Shown: positions 28,147-37,733 of the stretch, one piece after another
Layout: every line of letters begins with the position of its first letter
Numbering within the stretch: position 1 is the first letter of the stretch
Source of the DNA: Candidatus Latescibacterota bacterium
Lineage (GTDB): Bacteria; Latescibacterota; UBA2968; GCA-2709665
Length of the DNA stretch: 64,000 nt
Assembly: GCA_965219995.1 (NCBI GenBank)
Contig: CBDCOX010000002.1
Span: 5,056,001-5,120,000, forward strand
Direction: 5' to 3'
Position numbers and translations under genes: made by a program
The notes under the pieces: generated by a model
Database searches by the model: none
Told to the model about the DNA's origin: nothing
Seen by the model: only the letters and a program-made list of their open reading frames with translations

Positions 28147-29520
28147 TCACTCGTCGTTCCGGACAAGCGGCCCGCCGACGTGCTGTTCCAGTTGAGCCAG
28201 TTCGATCTGGTATTGGAATCTGTCCTGAACAAGCTGATTTCGGGCCCCGAAGAGTTGGAGTTGCGCCTGCTGGCGATCCAGAAAAGTGCCGCCTCCGAGG
28301 TTGTAGCGCTGGTCCTGAAGCCTGAAGTTTTCTTCGGCGGCCTTCACCGCCGCTTCGTTGGCGGTTACGCTCCGTCGAAGCCTCTCGAGGTTCAGAAAAG
28401 ACAGCCTGATATCCATGGCCTTCTGACGTTTTGCCTGGTCGAGTTGCTCCCGGCTCCTGAGGTACTCCAGCTTCTGGATCTTGATGGAGTTTACGGTATT
28501 CAGGCTGTTGAATAAAGGGAGCCTGATACTGATGCTCGTGCTGTATGAATAGTTCTTGATGAAGAGGTCTTCCACGCCCGCGAAACTCTCACCCCGGTTC
28601 AATCGCCAGCCGTACCCCGCACTGCCCGTGATGGACGGGAAGCGTACGCCGTATTTTGTAGCTCTCAACTCATCCCTGCTGGCCAGCATTCTGTGTTTCT
28701 GCGCCAGAATTTCAGGGCTCCCCCCGAGCGCCCTCTCCAGAGACTTCTCGTAAGTTATGGGCGGCGGTGCGACTGTAAACGTCTTTTCGGTCGGAAAAAT
28801 GTCCACGTCGGGACTGAGTCCGAGCGAAAATGCAAGCTCCGCGCGAGCCGTGGCAACGTCGTTTTCCCTGGCGATGAGCGCGACGCGATCGCCTGCCAGC
28901 TGAGATTCCGTGCTCAGGACCTCGGCGATGGTGGTCGAGCCGATCTCATACATCGTTTTTTCGCGACGCAGGTCTTCTTCCGAAAAACTGACCTGCTCTT
29001 TCGCCAGTTCCAGTTGTTCGATACGCTGGAGAAGAATAAAGTACCGCTGCTTTACGAGAAATGTCGTCTGCTGCCGGGTTTCCGAAAAGTCCATCTCCGC
29101 CGCCCGCGCATTCTTCTTGCTGGCAGACAGATTCGCAAGATTGGCGGCGTTGAAAATCGTAATGCTCAGGCTGGATCCGACGTTCTGGGATCCGCCCACC
29201 TGGTCTTCACCCACGGTGGTGACGATCGTCTGGGTTGCGGCGTCGAAGATTGCCCCTTCCCTGGGGCCGGTCACGCTCCTGGACATGCCGTAGTTGCCGC
29301 TCAGGCTGGGCAGAAACACGTTTCGCCTCTGGTCGATCTGCGCATCGGAAATCTCACGCGCGAATCGGGATTGAGTGATCGCCGTGTTGTTGCCCAGGGC
29401 GATTTCGATGCATTCGGAGAGGCTGAGATGCATGTCTCCGGGCGCCGTTTCCTCCGCGGCCAGCGGCCATGAAAGAGCCGTAGCAGCGGTGAAAAGCGCA
29501 GTTCTCAGAACTCGTAACAT
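28147..29520 (-). CDS. TolC-family outer membrane efflux protein
   Basis: Signal peptide, LSLSECIEIALGNN, FLPSL, YEIG, LPLF and RYNLG two-repeat OEP pattern. Confidence 0.92.
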   Translation of the reverse strand: MLRVLRTALFTAATALSWPLAAEETAPGDMHLSLSECIEIALGNNTAITQSRFAREISDAQIDQRRNVFLPSLSGNYGMSRSVTGPREGAIFDAATQTIVTTVGEDQVGGSQNVGSSLSITIFNAANLANLSASKKNARAAEMDFSETRQQTTFLVKQRYFILLQRIEQLELAKEQVSFSEEDLRREKTMYEIGSTTIAEVLSTESQLAGDRVALIARENDVATARAELAFSLGLSPDVDIFPTEKTFTVAPPPITYEKSLERALGGSPEILAQKHRMLASRDELRATKYGVRFPSITGSAGYGWRLNRGESFAGVEDLFIKNYSYSTSISIRLPLFNSLNTVNSIKIQKLEYLRSREQLDQAKRQKAMDIRLSFLNLERLRRSVTANEAAVKAAEENFRLQDQRYNLGGGTFLDRQQAQLQLFGARNQLVQDRFQYQIELAQLEQHVGGPLVRNDE

Positions 29521-29676
29521 ACCTGGTACTCCTACTCTCGTCCCGTCAGAGGATTTCTCGACGTCATAGATGGGGATAGCAACCGGTTCGTTTCAAAACC
29601 GCGGGATGCCGAACATGATTATTAGACAGCACAAACCAGGAAAAGTTACCGGTTTATTGCTTCCCCGCTTTCGATG

Positions 29677-29832
29677 ACAAATCACAAAGAAAGCAGAAAT
29701 CACAGGAAAAGGAAAGTGAAAACTTCCGTGTGTGCAAACCTTGATTGGTCGTTGCGGTTTCCGATTTTAGCCTCAATTCGAAAAAAGAAAACCGAAAAAT
29801 TGGCCACAAAAAGCACAAAGGGCACAAAAGGC
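29677..29832. repeat. A-rich intergenic patch with 9-bp-period CACAAA repeats
   Basis: GCCACAAAAAGCACAAAGGGCACAAAAG and AAATCACAAAG...AAATCACAGG; clearly lower GC than the flanks. Confidence 0.55.
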
Positions 29833-30032
29833 ATCCGTACAAAGCGGCGTGTCGTAACGCGGTGACCCTGCAGTTATTTCCTCACCGGGCCGAAAAGGTC
29901 GTCCGGAAGCACATTTCTTTCTTTCACGTCCAGGGACCTGAAGGTTCCTGGAAATCCGACGTCAAATCGCCTCCACCAACACGCGGATATTCGAATGAAC
30001 GTCCCCGAATAATGACGAATCAAAGTTAGACT

Positions 30033-33000
30033 TCAGTCCCCCCGATCCAGCAGGGAATAGACGGTCGGGATGACAATGAGCGTGAGAGCGGTCGAACTGA
30101 TCAGGCCGGCGACGACGGTGATGGCCATGGGCGTGCGGATCTCCGAACCTTCACCCAGACCCAGAGCCATGGGCAGGAGTCCCAGAACGGTGGTTGCCGT
30201 GGTCATCAGAATGGGGCGCAGCCGCACCGAGCCGGCCTGTACGATCGCATCGGTCCTGGACCGTCCGCCGGCGCGCAGATGGTTGATGTAGTCCACAAAG
30301 ACAATGGCGTTGTTGACCACAATCCCGGCCAGCATGATCAGACCCAGGAAGACCACCACGCTGAATGAGATTCCGGTCGCGAAAAGGATGACGAGAACGC
30401 CGATCAGCGCCAGTGGAATCGTGAAAATGATGACAAAGGGATGGACGAAGGACTCGAACTGGGAGGCCATGACGATGTAGACCAGAAAGACGGCCAGGCA
30501 AAGCGCGAAAATCAGGCTCTGGAGCGAGGTCTGCATCTCCCGGTTCTGACCGCCGATGACGAAGGAAACGTCCCCGGGAATGTCGATTTTCTCCAGGGCC
30601 TGCTGGATGAGCCCCGTTGCCGTCCCCAGATCGATACCGGACACGTTGGCCGATATCAGTACCGCCCGCTGCTGGTCGATGCGCCGGATCTCGCTGGGTC
30701 CCTCCCGTACCTGAATGTCGGCGACGGCGGAAAGGTAGATGGGGGTCTCGCCCTCCGGGTTGACCACCAGCCGTTTCAAATCGGATACGCCGGACCGATC
30801 GCCTTCGTCCACTCGGACCAGAACGTCGATGCGCCGGTCGGCCTCCCGGAAACGGGTGACCACGTCGCCCTGTACTTTTTCACGAACCAGCGTGGCAACG
30901 CTGCGCAGATTGAGGCCGTACGAAGCCAGCAGTTCCCTGCGGTAGACGATCTGTACCTCCGGATTCCCGCGCTGGAGGCTGGATTTCACGTCGTAAAGCC
31001 CCGTGATACCGGCAAGGGCGCGTTCCACGCTACGTCCCAGGCTGGCGAGGCTGGCAAGGTCGTAGCCCCGAATCTCCAGCTCTACCGGCGTCTTGAACGT
31101 AAAAAGCGCCGGGCGCGAAAAATCAACCGTGACCTGCGGGAGATCGCCCAGACTGCCGCGCAACCGGGACATGAGGTCCGACTCCCGTTTCGCCAGCAGC
31201 GTGTTGCCGGAAATGCCCGCCCAGACTCGTTTTGGAAAGGTTCGGACGTCCTGCCAGAGCCGGCCCCCGTCGTTTGCTCCGTTTGCCGTCTCGTCGGCTA
31301 CGACGATGGTGACCCTCGAGGTATGTTCTCCCTGGTCGGAGGTGGATACGGAGGTCTTGTCCACCCCCACGACGGTGGCAATGCGCGAAACGCCCCGTTC
31401 ATTCAGAACCCGCGACTCCACGTCGGCAACGGTCCTCTCCGTGCGTTCCAGGGGCGTACCCACAGGCATGGAGAGTTCGAGGTCGAATTCGCCATGGTGA
31501 ACGGCCGGGATGAGCTCGCGGCCGATATGAGGCACCAGGAAGTACCAGCACAGAATGAACGGCAGCAGGGCCATACCGACGATTGTGAGCCGGTTCTGAA
31601 GCGCCCAGCGGAGAACCGGAGGATACGCGCGGCTGATGGCGCCGAAGCCGACTTCGAAGGCGTGTATTGCGGGCGCGAGCAGCGGAAGGGCGATGGCGGC
31701 CAGCAGGGCCGCGACCGTAACTCCGACCGGAAACGTGATCATCAGCAGCAGGATCAGAATCTTCCCGAACAGCGAGACCGTCTGGAAGATCAGGAAACGC
31801 AGGATGAAATAGACAGGTCCGAGTACGAAGAGCAGGACCAGTAGAAGTACGCCGGCCACGGCTGCCGGAACACGCGGGACCATGCCGAGCCGCCTGCCGC
31901 GTAACGGCCACCGGCATGTACGTCCGGCGGCCCGCCACGTCCATCTTACGCAGTCGGCGAGCCCTTCGCCGAACGGGACCGGGGCATTGAAAACCAGCAG
32001 ATCGTGCCAGATGGCCCGGGCGATTCCGGATCCGAACGGCGTCGGGTTCCCGGCCCACGCGCAGAGACCCCTCCACGCATGCGCGGGTTTCTTCCTGATC
32101 TTCAGGACAAGGGCGGCGGCGGGGAAATACAGGACGGGCGCGAGGATCACGCAAACCGCCTTCAGAACGACAATCGCGATTGCGAGTACCACCCAGAGGG
32201 TGCGCCAGACGCATTCGAAGACCAGCCACGGCAGGTAGACGAGGCCCTTGAGTACCACGGAAGGGACCTGTGTGAGAGGCCGTTCGCCGGCGAGCTCTTT
32301 GAGTCGAACGAGGGATCTGAACTGCAGCAATTCCGAACTGAACACGCCGCCCGCGGACGAGCCGGCGCGTCCGCTTCCGGCCCCGCCGATGCGGATCCGA
32401 CGGGATGCCAGCATGGGAATGAAGAACAGCGCGACTGCGAGCGACGCCAGAAGCGAAAAGACCACGGTCAGGGACATATCGCCGAAGACCTGGCCGGCCA
32501 CGCCTTCGACGAAGACAATCGGAAAGAAGACCGCGACCGTGGTGAGCGTGGAGGCAAAGACCGCGCCCCCGACTTCTCCGGTGCCCCTCACCGCCGCGGT
32601 AACGATATCGTCGCCTTCCTCGCGGCATCGGAAGATGCTTTCCAGTACGACGATGGAGTTGTCGACAAGCATACCGATTCCCAGCGCCATGCCTCCCAGC
32701 GACATAATGTTCAACGAGACGCCGAATAGCTTCATGGGAGCAAACGTGGCGATGATCGAGATTGGAATCGCCAGGCTCACGATGCCCGTATGAGAAGGAT
32801 TCCGCAGGAAGATATAGAGCACCAGGATGGCAAGCACGCCCCCGATGACGGCGGTCTGCTTGACTTCGTCGACCGATCGCTTGATAAACTGCGACTGGTC
32901 CGACAGCACTTCCACCTGCATGCCTCGCGGCATCGAGTACGCAATGTAGCTGGTCATTTCCTTGAGCTTGACGAACTGCCGCACCTGCGCGGCCCGGTTG

Positions 33001-34034
33001 GCGGAGTCGGCCGGCTTGATCTCTCCGGCATTCAGCCGCTTCACGTAGGCCAGTTGTTCCGGCGTGCCGAACAGTCGATCGCGTACCCGCTGCGCGGTGG
33101 CGACGATATTGGCGTCGGCTTCCTTGAAGACGTCGATTTCCACGCTCTCCACGCCGTTGACGCGGGTAATAATCTCCCGATCCTTATGGCCTCGGACGAC
33201 CTGGCTGACGTCTTTGAGCCGGATGTCCGCGCTGTTCTTCTGTCCGATGACGAGGTTGCGGATTTCGTCGACGGTCCGGAATTCGTTCAGGGTGCGGACC
33301 ATGTACTGGGTCTGACCGTCAAGAAGACTGCCGCCGGCGAGGTTGACGTTCTCTTCGCGGAGCCGCCGGTTGATGTCGCCGATGCCAAGCCCCATCAGGG
33401 CGAGTTGTCGTTCGTTGATTTCGACGCGGATTTCTTCTTCCAGACCGCCATGCACCCGGGCCGCGGCAACGCCTTTCATCGCCTCCAGCGCCTGCTTGAT
33501 CTCTTCCTCGGCGATAAGCCTCAGCGCATACAGGTCGGCATCGCCGTACAGGCCGATCCGCATGATCGGGTCCTGAGTGGGATCGTAACGCAGGATGAGC
33601 GGTTTGTTGACGCCCCGGGGCAGGTTCAGCCGGTCCAGGTTCTCCCGTACCGTCTGTACAGCGTCGTTCATGTCCGTGTCCCAGCCGAATTCCAGGATGA
33701 CGTCCGACATTCCGGCACGGGAGATGGAGACGATGCTGGCCAGATTGTTGACGACCCCCAGCCGCTGTTCTATTTGCCTGGAAATCAGATTTTCAACTTC
33801 CTCGGGCGCGGTATCGGGATAGTCGGTACGGATGGTGAGGGTGGGATAGGAGATGTCCGGCATCAGGGTGAGCGGCAGTTGCTGGTAGGATATGTAGCCG
33901 AAGACCGCGATGGCCAGGACGACCATAAAAATGGCCACCGGCCTCCGGGTGGTGATTTCGAACGTGCGGGAGATTTGCGTTCCGGCGCGGGAAAGGGGAT
34001 TTCGCGATCCGGCGCCTGCGGATTCCTCGTCCAT
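30033..34034 (-). CDS. RND efflux permease (AcrB/MdtB-like) with large insertion
   Basis: RRPVA, PDISYP, GMLVDNSIVVLE, STLTTVAVFFP, GIVVNNAI and RLRPILMTT motifs. Confidence 0.95.
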   Translation of the reverse strand: MDEESAGAGSRNPLSRAGTQISRTFEITTRRPVAIFMVVLAIAVFGYISYQQLPLTLMPDISYPTLTIRTDYPDTAPEEVENLISRQIEQRLGVVNNLASIVSISRAGMSDVILEFGWDTDMNDAVQTVRENLDRLNLPRGVNKPLILRYDPTQDPIMRIGLYGDADLYALRLIAEEEIKQALEAMKGVAAARVHGGLEEEIRVEINERQLALMGLGIGDINRRLREENVNLAGGSLLDGQTQYMVRTLNEFRTVDEIRNLVIGQKNSADIRLKDVSQVVRGHKDREIITRVNGVESVEIDVFKEADANIVATAQRVRDRLFGTPEQLAYVKRLNAGEIKPADSANRAAQVRQFVKLKEMTSYIAYSMPRGMQVEVLSDQSQFIKRSVDEVKQTAVIGGVLAILVLYIFLRNPSHTGIVSLAIPISIIATFAPMKLFGVSLNIMSLGGMALGIGMLVDNSIVVLESIFRCREEGDDIVTAAVRGTGEVGGAVFASTLTTVAVFFPIVFVEGVAGQVFGDMSLTVVFSLLASLAVALFFIPMLASRRIRIGGAGSGRAGSSAGGVFSSELLQFRSLVRLKELAGERPLTQVPSVVLKGLVYLPWLVFECVWRTLWVVLAIAIVVLKAVCVILAPVLYFPAAALVLKIRKKPAHAWRGLCAWAGNPTPFGSGIARAIWHDLLVFNAPVPFGEGLADCVRWTWRAAGRTCRWPLRGRRLGMVPRVPAAVAGVLLLVLLFVLGPVYFILRFLIFQTVSLFGKILILLLMITFPVGVTVAALLAAIALPLLAPAIHAFEVGFGAISRAYPPVLRWALQNRLTIVGMALLPFILCWYFLVPHIGRELIPAVHHGEFDLELSMPVGTPLERTERTVADVESRVLNERGVSRIATVVGVDKTSVSTSDQGEHTSRVTIVVADETANGANDGGRLWQDVRTFPKRVWAGISGNTLLAKRESDLMSRLRGSLGDLPQVTVDFSRPALFTFKTPVELEIRGYDLASLASLGRSVERALAGITGLYDVKSSLQRGNPEVQIVYRRELLASYGLNLRSVATLVREKVQGDVVTRFREADRRIDVLVRVDEGDRSGVSDLKRLVVNPEGETPIYLSAVADIQVREGPSEIRRIDQQRAVLISANVSGIDLGTATGLIQQALEKIDIPGDVSFVIGGQNREMQTSLQSLIFALCLAVFLVYIVMASQFESFVHPFVIIFTIPLALIGVLVILFATGISFSVVVFLGLIMLAGIVVNNAIVFVDYINHLRAGGRSRTDAIVQAGSVRLRPILMTTATTVLGLLPMALGLGEGSEIRTPMAITVVAGLISSTALTLIVIPTVYSLLDRGD

Positions 34035-34110
34035 ATCTTCTGAGTCCTCGATCGGCGGCGCCGTCGGGCAATGGCCGTACGGCGCCTGCTGCCGCCCGGA
34101 TGGCGCTTCG

Positions 34111-35301
34111 CTACCCGGATTTCTGCGGTTCCTGCTCCGTGGTATCGGGTTTGGCCGGAATGCGCAGGCCCTTTCCGTGAATCACACGGACCCGGGCCAG
34201 ATCCTTGAGGCCGTTCTGGCCGACGACGACGATGCTGTCGCCCCGGGCGACGCCGCTGAGAACCTCCAGGTTCTCGGTGTCTTCAAATCCCACGTCCAGC
34301 TGGATCTTTCGGGCGGTGCTGTCCTGCACCACGAACACATGAGGATATCCGTCGTCGTATACGACGGCGCGCTTGGGCACCAGCAAAGCCTTGTCGTGGG
34401 TGGCGGTGACGATTCTTGTCGTGACGAACATACCGGGCCGCAGCCTTTCGTCCGCGTCGTCGATCGCCAGCGTTACCCTGAACGTACCGCTGTTCGGATC
34501 GACAACAGGGCTGATGCGAATAATGCGACCGGGGAAATCGTCATCGGGTAGAAGGTCCGTGGTGATGCGGGCAGGCTGTCCCACCGAGATGTTGGGCAGT
34601 TCCCCTCCCGGTATGTGCGCCCTGGAGATCAGGCTTCTCATGTTGACCAGCGCATACAGCCTGGTTGACGGGCCGATACGGTCGCCCAATCTGACGATCC
34701 GTTCCGCCACGACGCCGGTTATCGGAGATCGAACCAATGTGTGGTCCAGATCCAGCTGGGCGCGCTGCCACCGGATTCTGGCCTGTTCCAGGTCGAATTC
34801 GTTACGTTCGTATTCTTCTTTGGAGAGCAGGTTTTTGTCGAAGATCTTCTTCTGACGATTGAAGTCGTTCTCCAGCTTGAGGTACGCGACTTTGGCTTCC
34901 GCTTCGGCGAGCTTGAGTTCGTGGTCGACAAGGTGAACGAGGACCTGATCCACCTGGACCCGGTCGCCTTCTTCGGCCAGCACGCGTTTGACGAGCCCGT
35001 TTCCGTGGGCGTAAACGTCCACGGTTTCTTCGGCCTCTACCTTGGCATTGTAGAGCAGGTATGAGGAAATCGTACCCTGTTGAACGTGATGCACCTTTAC
35101 AGGAACGCCTTCCGGCGTCTTTTTTGCTTTGTCTTCAGCGGCTTTGGTCGTGTCAACCGCCGTCGAGTCGGTTTTTGTGGAATCGGCCGCGGCGCCGGTC
35201 GCGCTCTCGCCCTCGGCTTTTTCGCCGCCGCACCCGGTGAGCGCGCCGCACGCAAAAACCGCGGCCAGTAAAACAAAGCGTCTTATGCAGCGGTTTTCCA
35301 T
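34111..35301 (-). CDS. RND periplasmic adaptor (MFP) lipoprotein
   Basis: Lipobox LTGC; EGDRV, RSPITGVV, ISPVVD, LRPGMF and VPKRAV motifs. Confidence 0.93.
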   Translation of the reverse strand: MENRCIRRFVLLAAVFACGALTGCGGEKAEGESATGAAADSTKTDSTAVDTTKAAEDKAKKTPEGVPVKVHHVQQGTISSYLLYNAKVEAEETVDVYAHGNGLVKRVLAEEGDRVQVDQVLVHLVDHELKLAEAEAKVAYLKLENDFNRQKKIFDKNLLSKEEYERNEFDLEQARIRWQRAQLDLDHTLVRSPITGVVAERIVRLGDRIGPSTRLYALVNMRSLISRAHIPGGELPNISVGQPARITTDLLPDDDFPGRIIRISPVVDPNSGTFRVTLAIDDADERLRPGMFVTTRIVTATHDKALLVPKRAVVYDDGYPHVFVVQDSTARKIQLDVGFEDTENLEVLSGVARGDSIVVVGQNGLKDLARVRVIHGKGLRIPAKPDTTEQEPQKSG

Positions 35302-35529
35302 TATCCGTACATCCTTCCGGACGATATGTGGACATTCCCTGCACCATGCGGCATCGAGGCGGCATTGCCGCGGAAACTCCGCATGGTACGGCGCCGGTTC
35401 ATGCGATGCCGGTCCGAGTGAAATCTCCCACCGTCTTTGACGCCCCAGTCATGCCGGATGTTTCGCAAAAAAGCCACCGGGCCGCCATTCTTTCGACGGC
35501 CCGGCCTTGCGGGATCGATGTCCGATGCA

Positions 35530-36324
35530 TCAATGTTCCACGGCTTTTCTGACGCTTGACGCAATTTCCGCGTAACGCCGGGAGATCGGGGATTCGGGAT
35601 CGGCGGCCGAAATGGGGGCGCCGGTATCGCCGCCCCGGCGTATCCGCATGTCGAGCGGGATTTCGCCCAGCAGCGGCACGCCGTACTCAGCGGCCATTTT
35701 TCTGCCGCCGCCCTGCCCGAAGATATCGGCCCGGGCATTGCAGTTGCCGCAGATATATTCGCTCATGTTTTCGACGATTCCCAGAACGGGTACGTCCACC
35801 GTATTGAACATCCGGATGCCGCGACGCACGTCCTCGAGTGCCACGGATTGCGGCGTTGTGACAATGACGGCGCCGTCGAGGCGCGCGGATTGCACGAGGG
35901 TAAGCTGGACGTCGCCCGTACCGGGCGGCAGATCGATAAGGAGAAAGTCAAGCGGCGCCCACGCAACGTCCCTGAGGAATTGCAATACCATTTTGGCCAG
36001 CATCGGACCCCGCCAGATCACCGGAGCGCCCGCTTCCGTGATCAGACCGAGGGAAATCATCTTGACATTGTGACGTTCGAGGGGAACAATCCCGCCGTTC
36101 GGGTCCATGTCCGGCATTTCGTTCCCGCCCATCATGATGGGGACATTCGGGCCGTAGATGTCCGCGTCCATGAGACCCACGGCGGCGCCCTGTCGCGCCA
36201 GCGCCACGCAGAGATTGGCAGCCGTGGTGGATTTTCCCACGCCGCCCTTGCCGCTGGCGACGGCGACCAGGCGCCGGACGCCCGGAATCGGCGCGGGTCG
36301 GGGCACGTTTGCATTCGTATTCAA
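35530..36324 (-). CDS. mrp: Mrp/ApbC (NBP35) Fe-S carrier ATPase
   Basis: VASGKGGVGKST, DADIYGP, IWRGPM, DLPPGTGD, VTTPQ and ENMS...CGNC motifs; TTG start after AGGAGG. Confidence 0.93.
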   Translation of the reverse strand: MNTNANVPRPAPIPGVRRLVAVASGKGGVGKSTTAANLCVALARQGAAVGLMDADIYGPNVPIMMGGNEMPDMDPNGGIVPLERHNVKMISLGLITEAGAPVIWRGPMLAKMVLQFLRDVAWAPLDFLLIDLPPGTGDVQLTLVQSARLDGAVIVTTPQSVALEDVRRGIRMFNTVDVPVLGIVENMSEYICGNCNARADIFGQGGGRKMAAEYGVPLLGEIPLDMRIRRGGDTGAPISAADPESPISRRYAEIASSVRKAVEH

Positions 36325-36361
36325 GACAGGGCCTCCTGCGGTGGGGCCGCGAGGGTTGCGT

Positions 36362-37486
36362 TCAACCTTGCGATTTGCGGCTTCTGCGAATGCAGTCGGC
36401 CAGAATGGGTATGCCGGTGCGGACGTCGTCGTGCGTCGCGAAACCGAATGCAAGTCTGATGTACGGTACATCCTTATTGTACACGTGGAATGCCTTGCCG
36501 GTCGCGTAGTCGATACCCATCGACTCCGCAAGCTGCTCGCATGCGACGGTGTCGGTGGCGTCGGGCAGCTTGACCCAGATAAACAGACCGCCGCTGGGAC
36601 GGCTGAACCACTCGAATGCGTCAGGAAAACGCGAGAGCATGTCGAACATCAGATCGCGTTTCCTCCCGACGATGGCGTTGATCCTGTCCACGTGCGACCA
36701 GAGTTCCTCTCTGAAATATTCGCAGACGACGGCCGCGCTGAGCGAACTGGTCCCTCCGTCGCGCCTGTACTGGAGAATCCGGTCGAGAAGATGCCGCGGC
36801 GCCGCGAGATAGCCGAGACGGACACCGGGCCCCAGGATTTTGGACAGAGACTCTATGTGAATCACCGGCGTTTCGTGTTCGAGTGTCCACAGGGCGGGTT
36901 CGTGGCGGTCTTCGTAAACGGTGTCGGCGTAACAGTGGTCTTCAACCACCGGTATCCCGAAACGGCCCGCAATGTCCAGGAGCTCCCGGCGTCGATCGAC
37001 CGGCATGATCGATCCCGTGGGGTTCTGGTAGGTTGCCAGCGTGTAGATGAATTTCGGTTTTCTGTTCCCGGAAACCAGCATGTCGAGCGTACGCTCGAGG
37101 GCGTCCATCCGCATGCCGTGTTCGTCGAGCGGGACGCCGACGAGTTCGGCGCCCTCCTTGCGGTATGCGCTCAGGGTACCCGAGTACGAGTATTCCTCGA
37201 GCACGATCACGTCGCCGGGCGACTCCACGAGTGCCTGCGCCACCAGCGTCACCGCCTGCATGGAACCCGTGGTAAGGACGATCCGGTCCACGGGAAGGGC
37301 AACGCCTTCCCTGCGGGCGAACCTCTGTGACATCAGTTTCCTGAGCGGCTCGTACCCCAGCGAACCGGGATAGGACGCCAGTTCGTCGCCCAACTCCGGC
37401 AGAATGCGCATGGCCGCTTCCGCCAGGCCCCGATTGGGAAAGGAGGCCGGATCGGGACGGCCGCTGCCAAACGGAAATGTCTTCAC
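36362..37486 (-). CDS. class I/II PLP aminotransferase (LysN/ARO8-like)
   Basis: GRPDP, GSMQA, YQNPTG, VEDHCY, SLSKILGPGVRLG, GGLFIW and IRLAF motifs. Confidence 0.9.
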   Translation of the reverse strand: MKTFPFGSGRPDPASFPNRGLAEAAMRILPELGDELASYPGSLGYEPLRKLMSQRFARREGVALPVDRIVLTTGSMQAVTLVAQALVESPGDVIVLEEYSYSGTLSAYRKEGAELVGVPLDEHGMRMDALERTLDMLVSGNRKPKFIYTLATYQNPTGSIMPVDRRRELLDIAGRFGIPVVEDHCYADTVYEDRHEPALWTLEHETPVIHIESLSKILGPGVRLGYLAAPRHLLDRILQYRRDGGTSSLSAAVVCEYFREELWSHVDRINAIVGRKRDLMFDMLSRFPDAFEWFSRPSGGLFIWVKLPDATDTVACEQLAESMGIDYATGKAFHVYNKDVPYIRLAFGFATHDDVRTGIPILADCIRRSRKSQG

Positions 37487-37511
37487 TCCGTAACGATATC
37501 CTTATTTTCCA

Positions 37512-37690
37512 GTTATTACCAGGAGCAGTAAATAGTGGACAGTGGACAGTGGCCAGTAAAAGGCGGTGAGAGGGAAGACGTTAGACGTGAGATGATATGA
37601 TTGCGCCGTGCGGTTTCATTGCTTGCCAAAGGCATATAGGAACATCCAGTCAGGCAATGACGTCTTCTCCCGTCTCACCGATTTCAGGCG
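37512..37690 (+). repeat. heptamer-bounded intergenic element, copy A
   Basis: Near-identical reverse complement of 43680-43872; AGTGGAC-type tandem heptamers; internal inverted repeat CGGTGAGAGGGAAGACGT/ACGTCTTCTCCCGTCTCACCG. Confidence 0.9.
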
Positions 37691-37733
37691 TCGCCATCGG
37701 TCGCCGGGCCGGATGACGGACGTCTGCGGCGCT

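Noticed and set aside
37530-37600. Tandem AGTGGAC / GAGACG repeats as a CRISPR array
   Set aside because: Units are 7 bp with no unique spacers, and no cas genes are present in the window.
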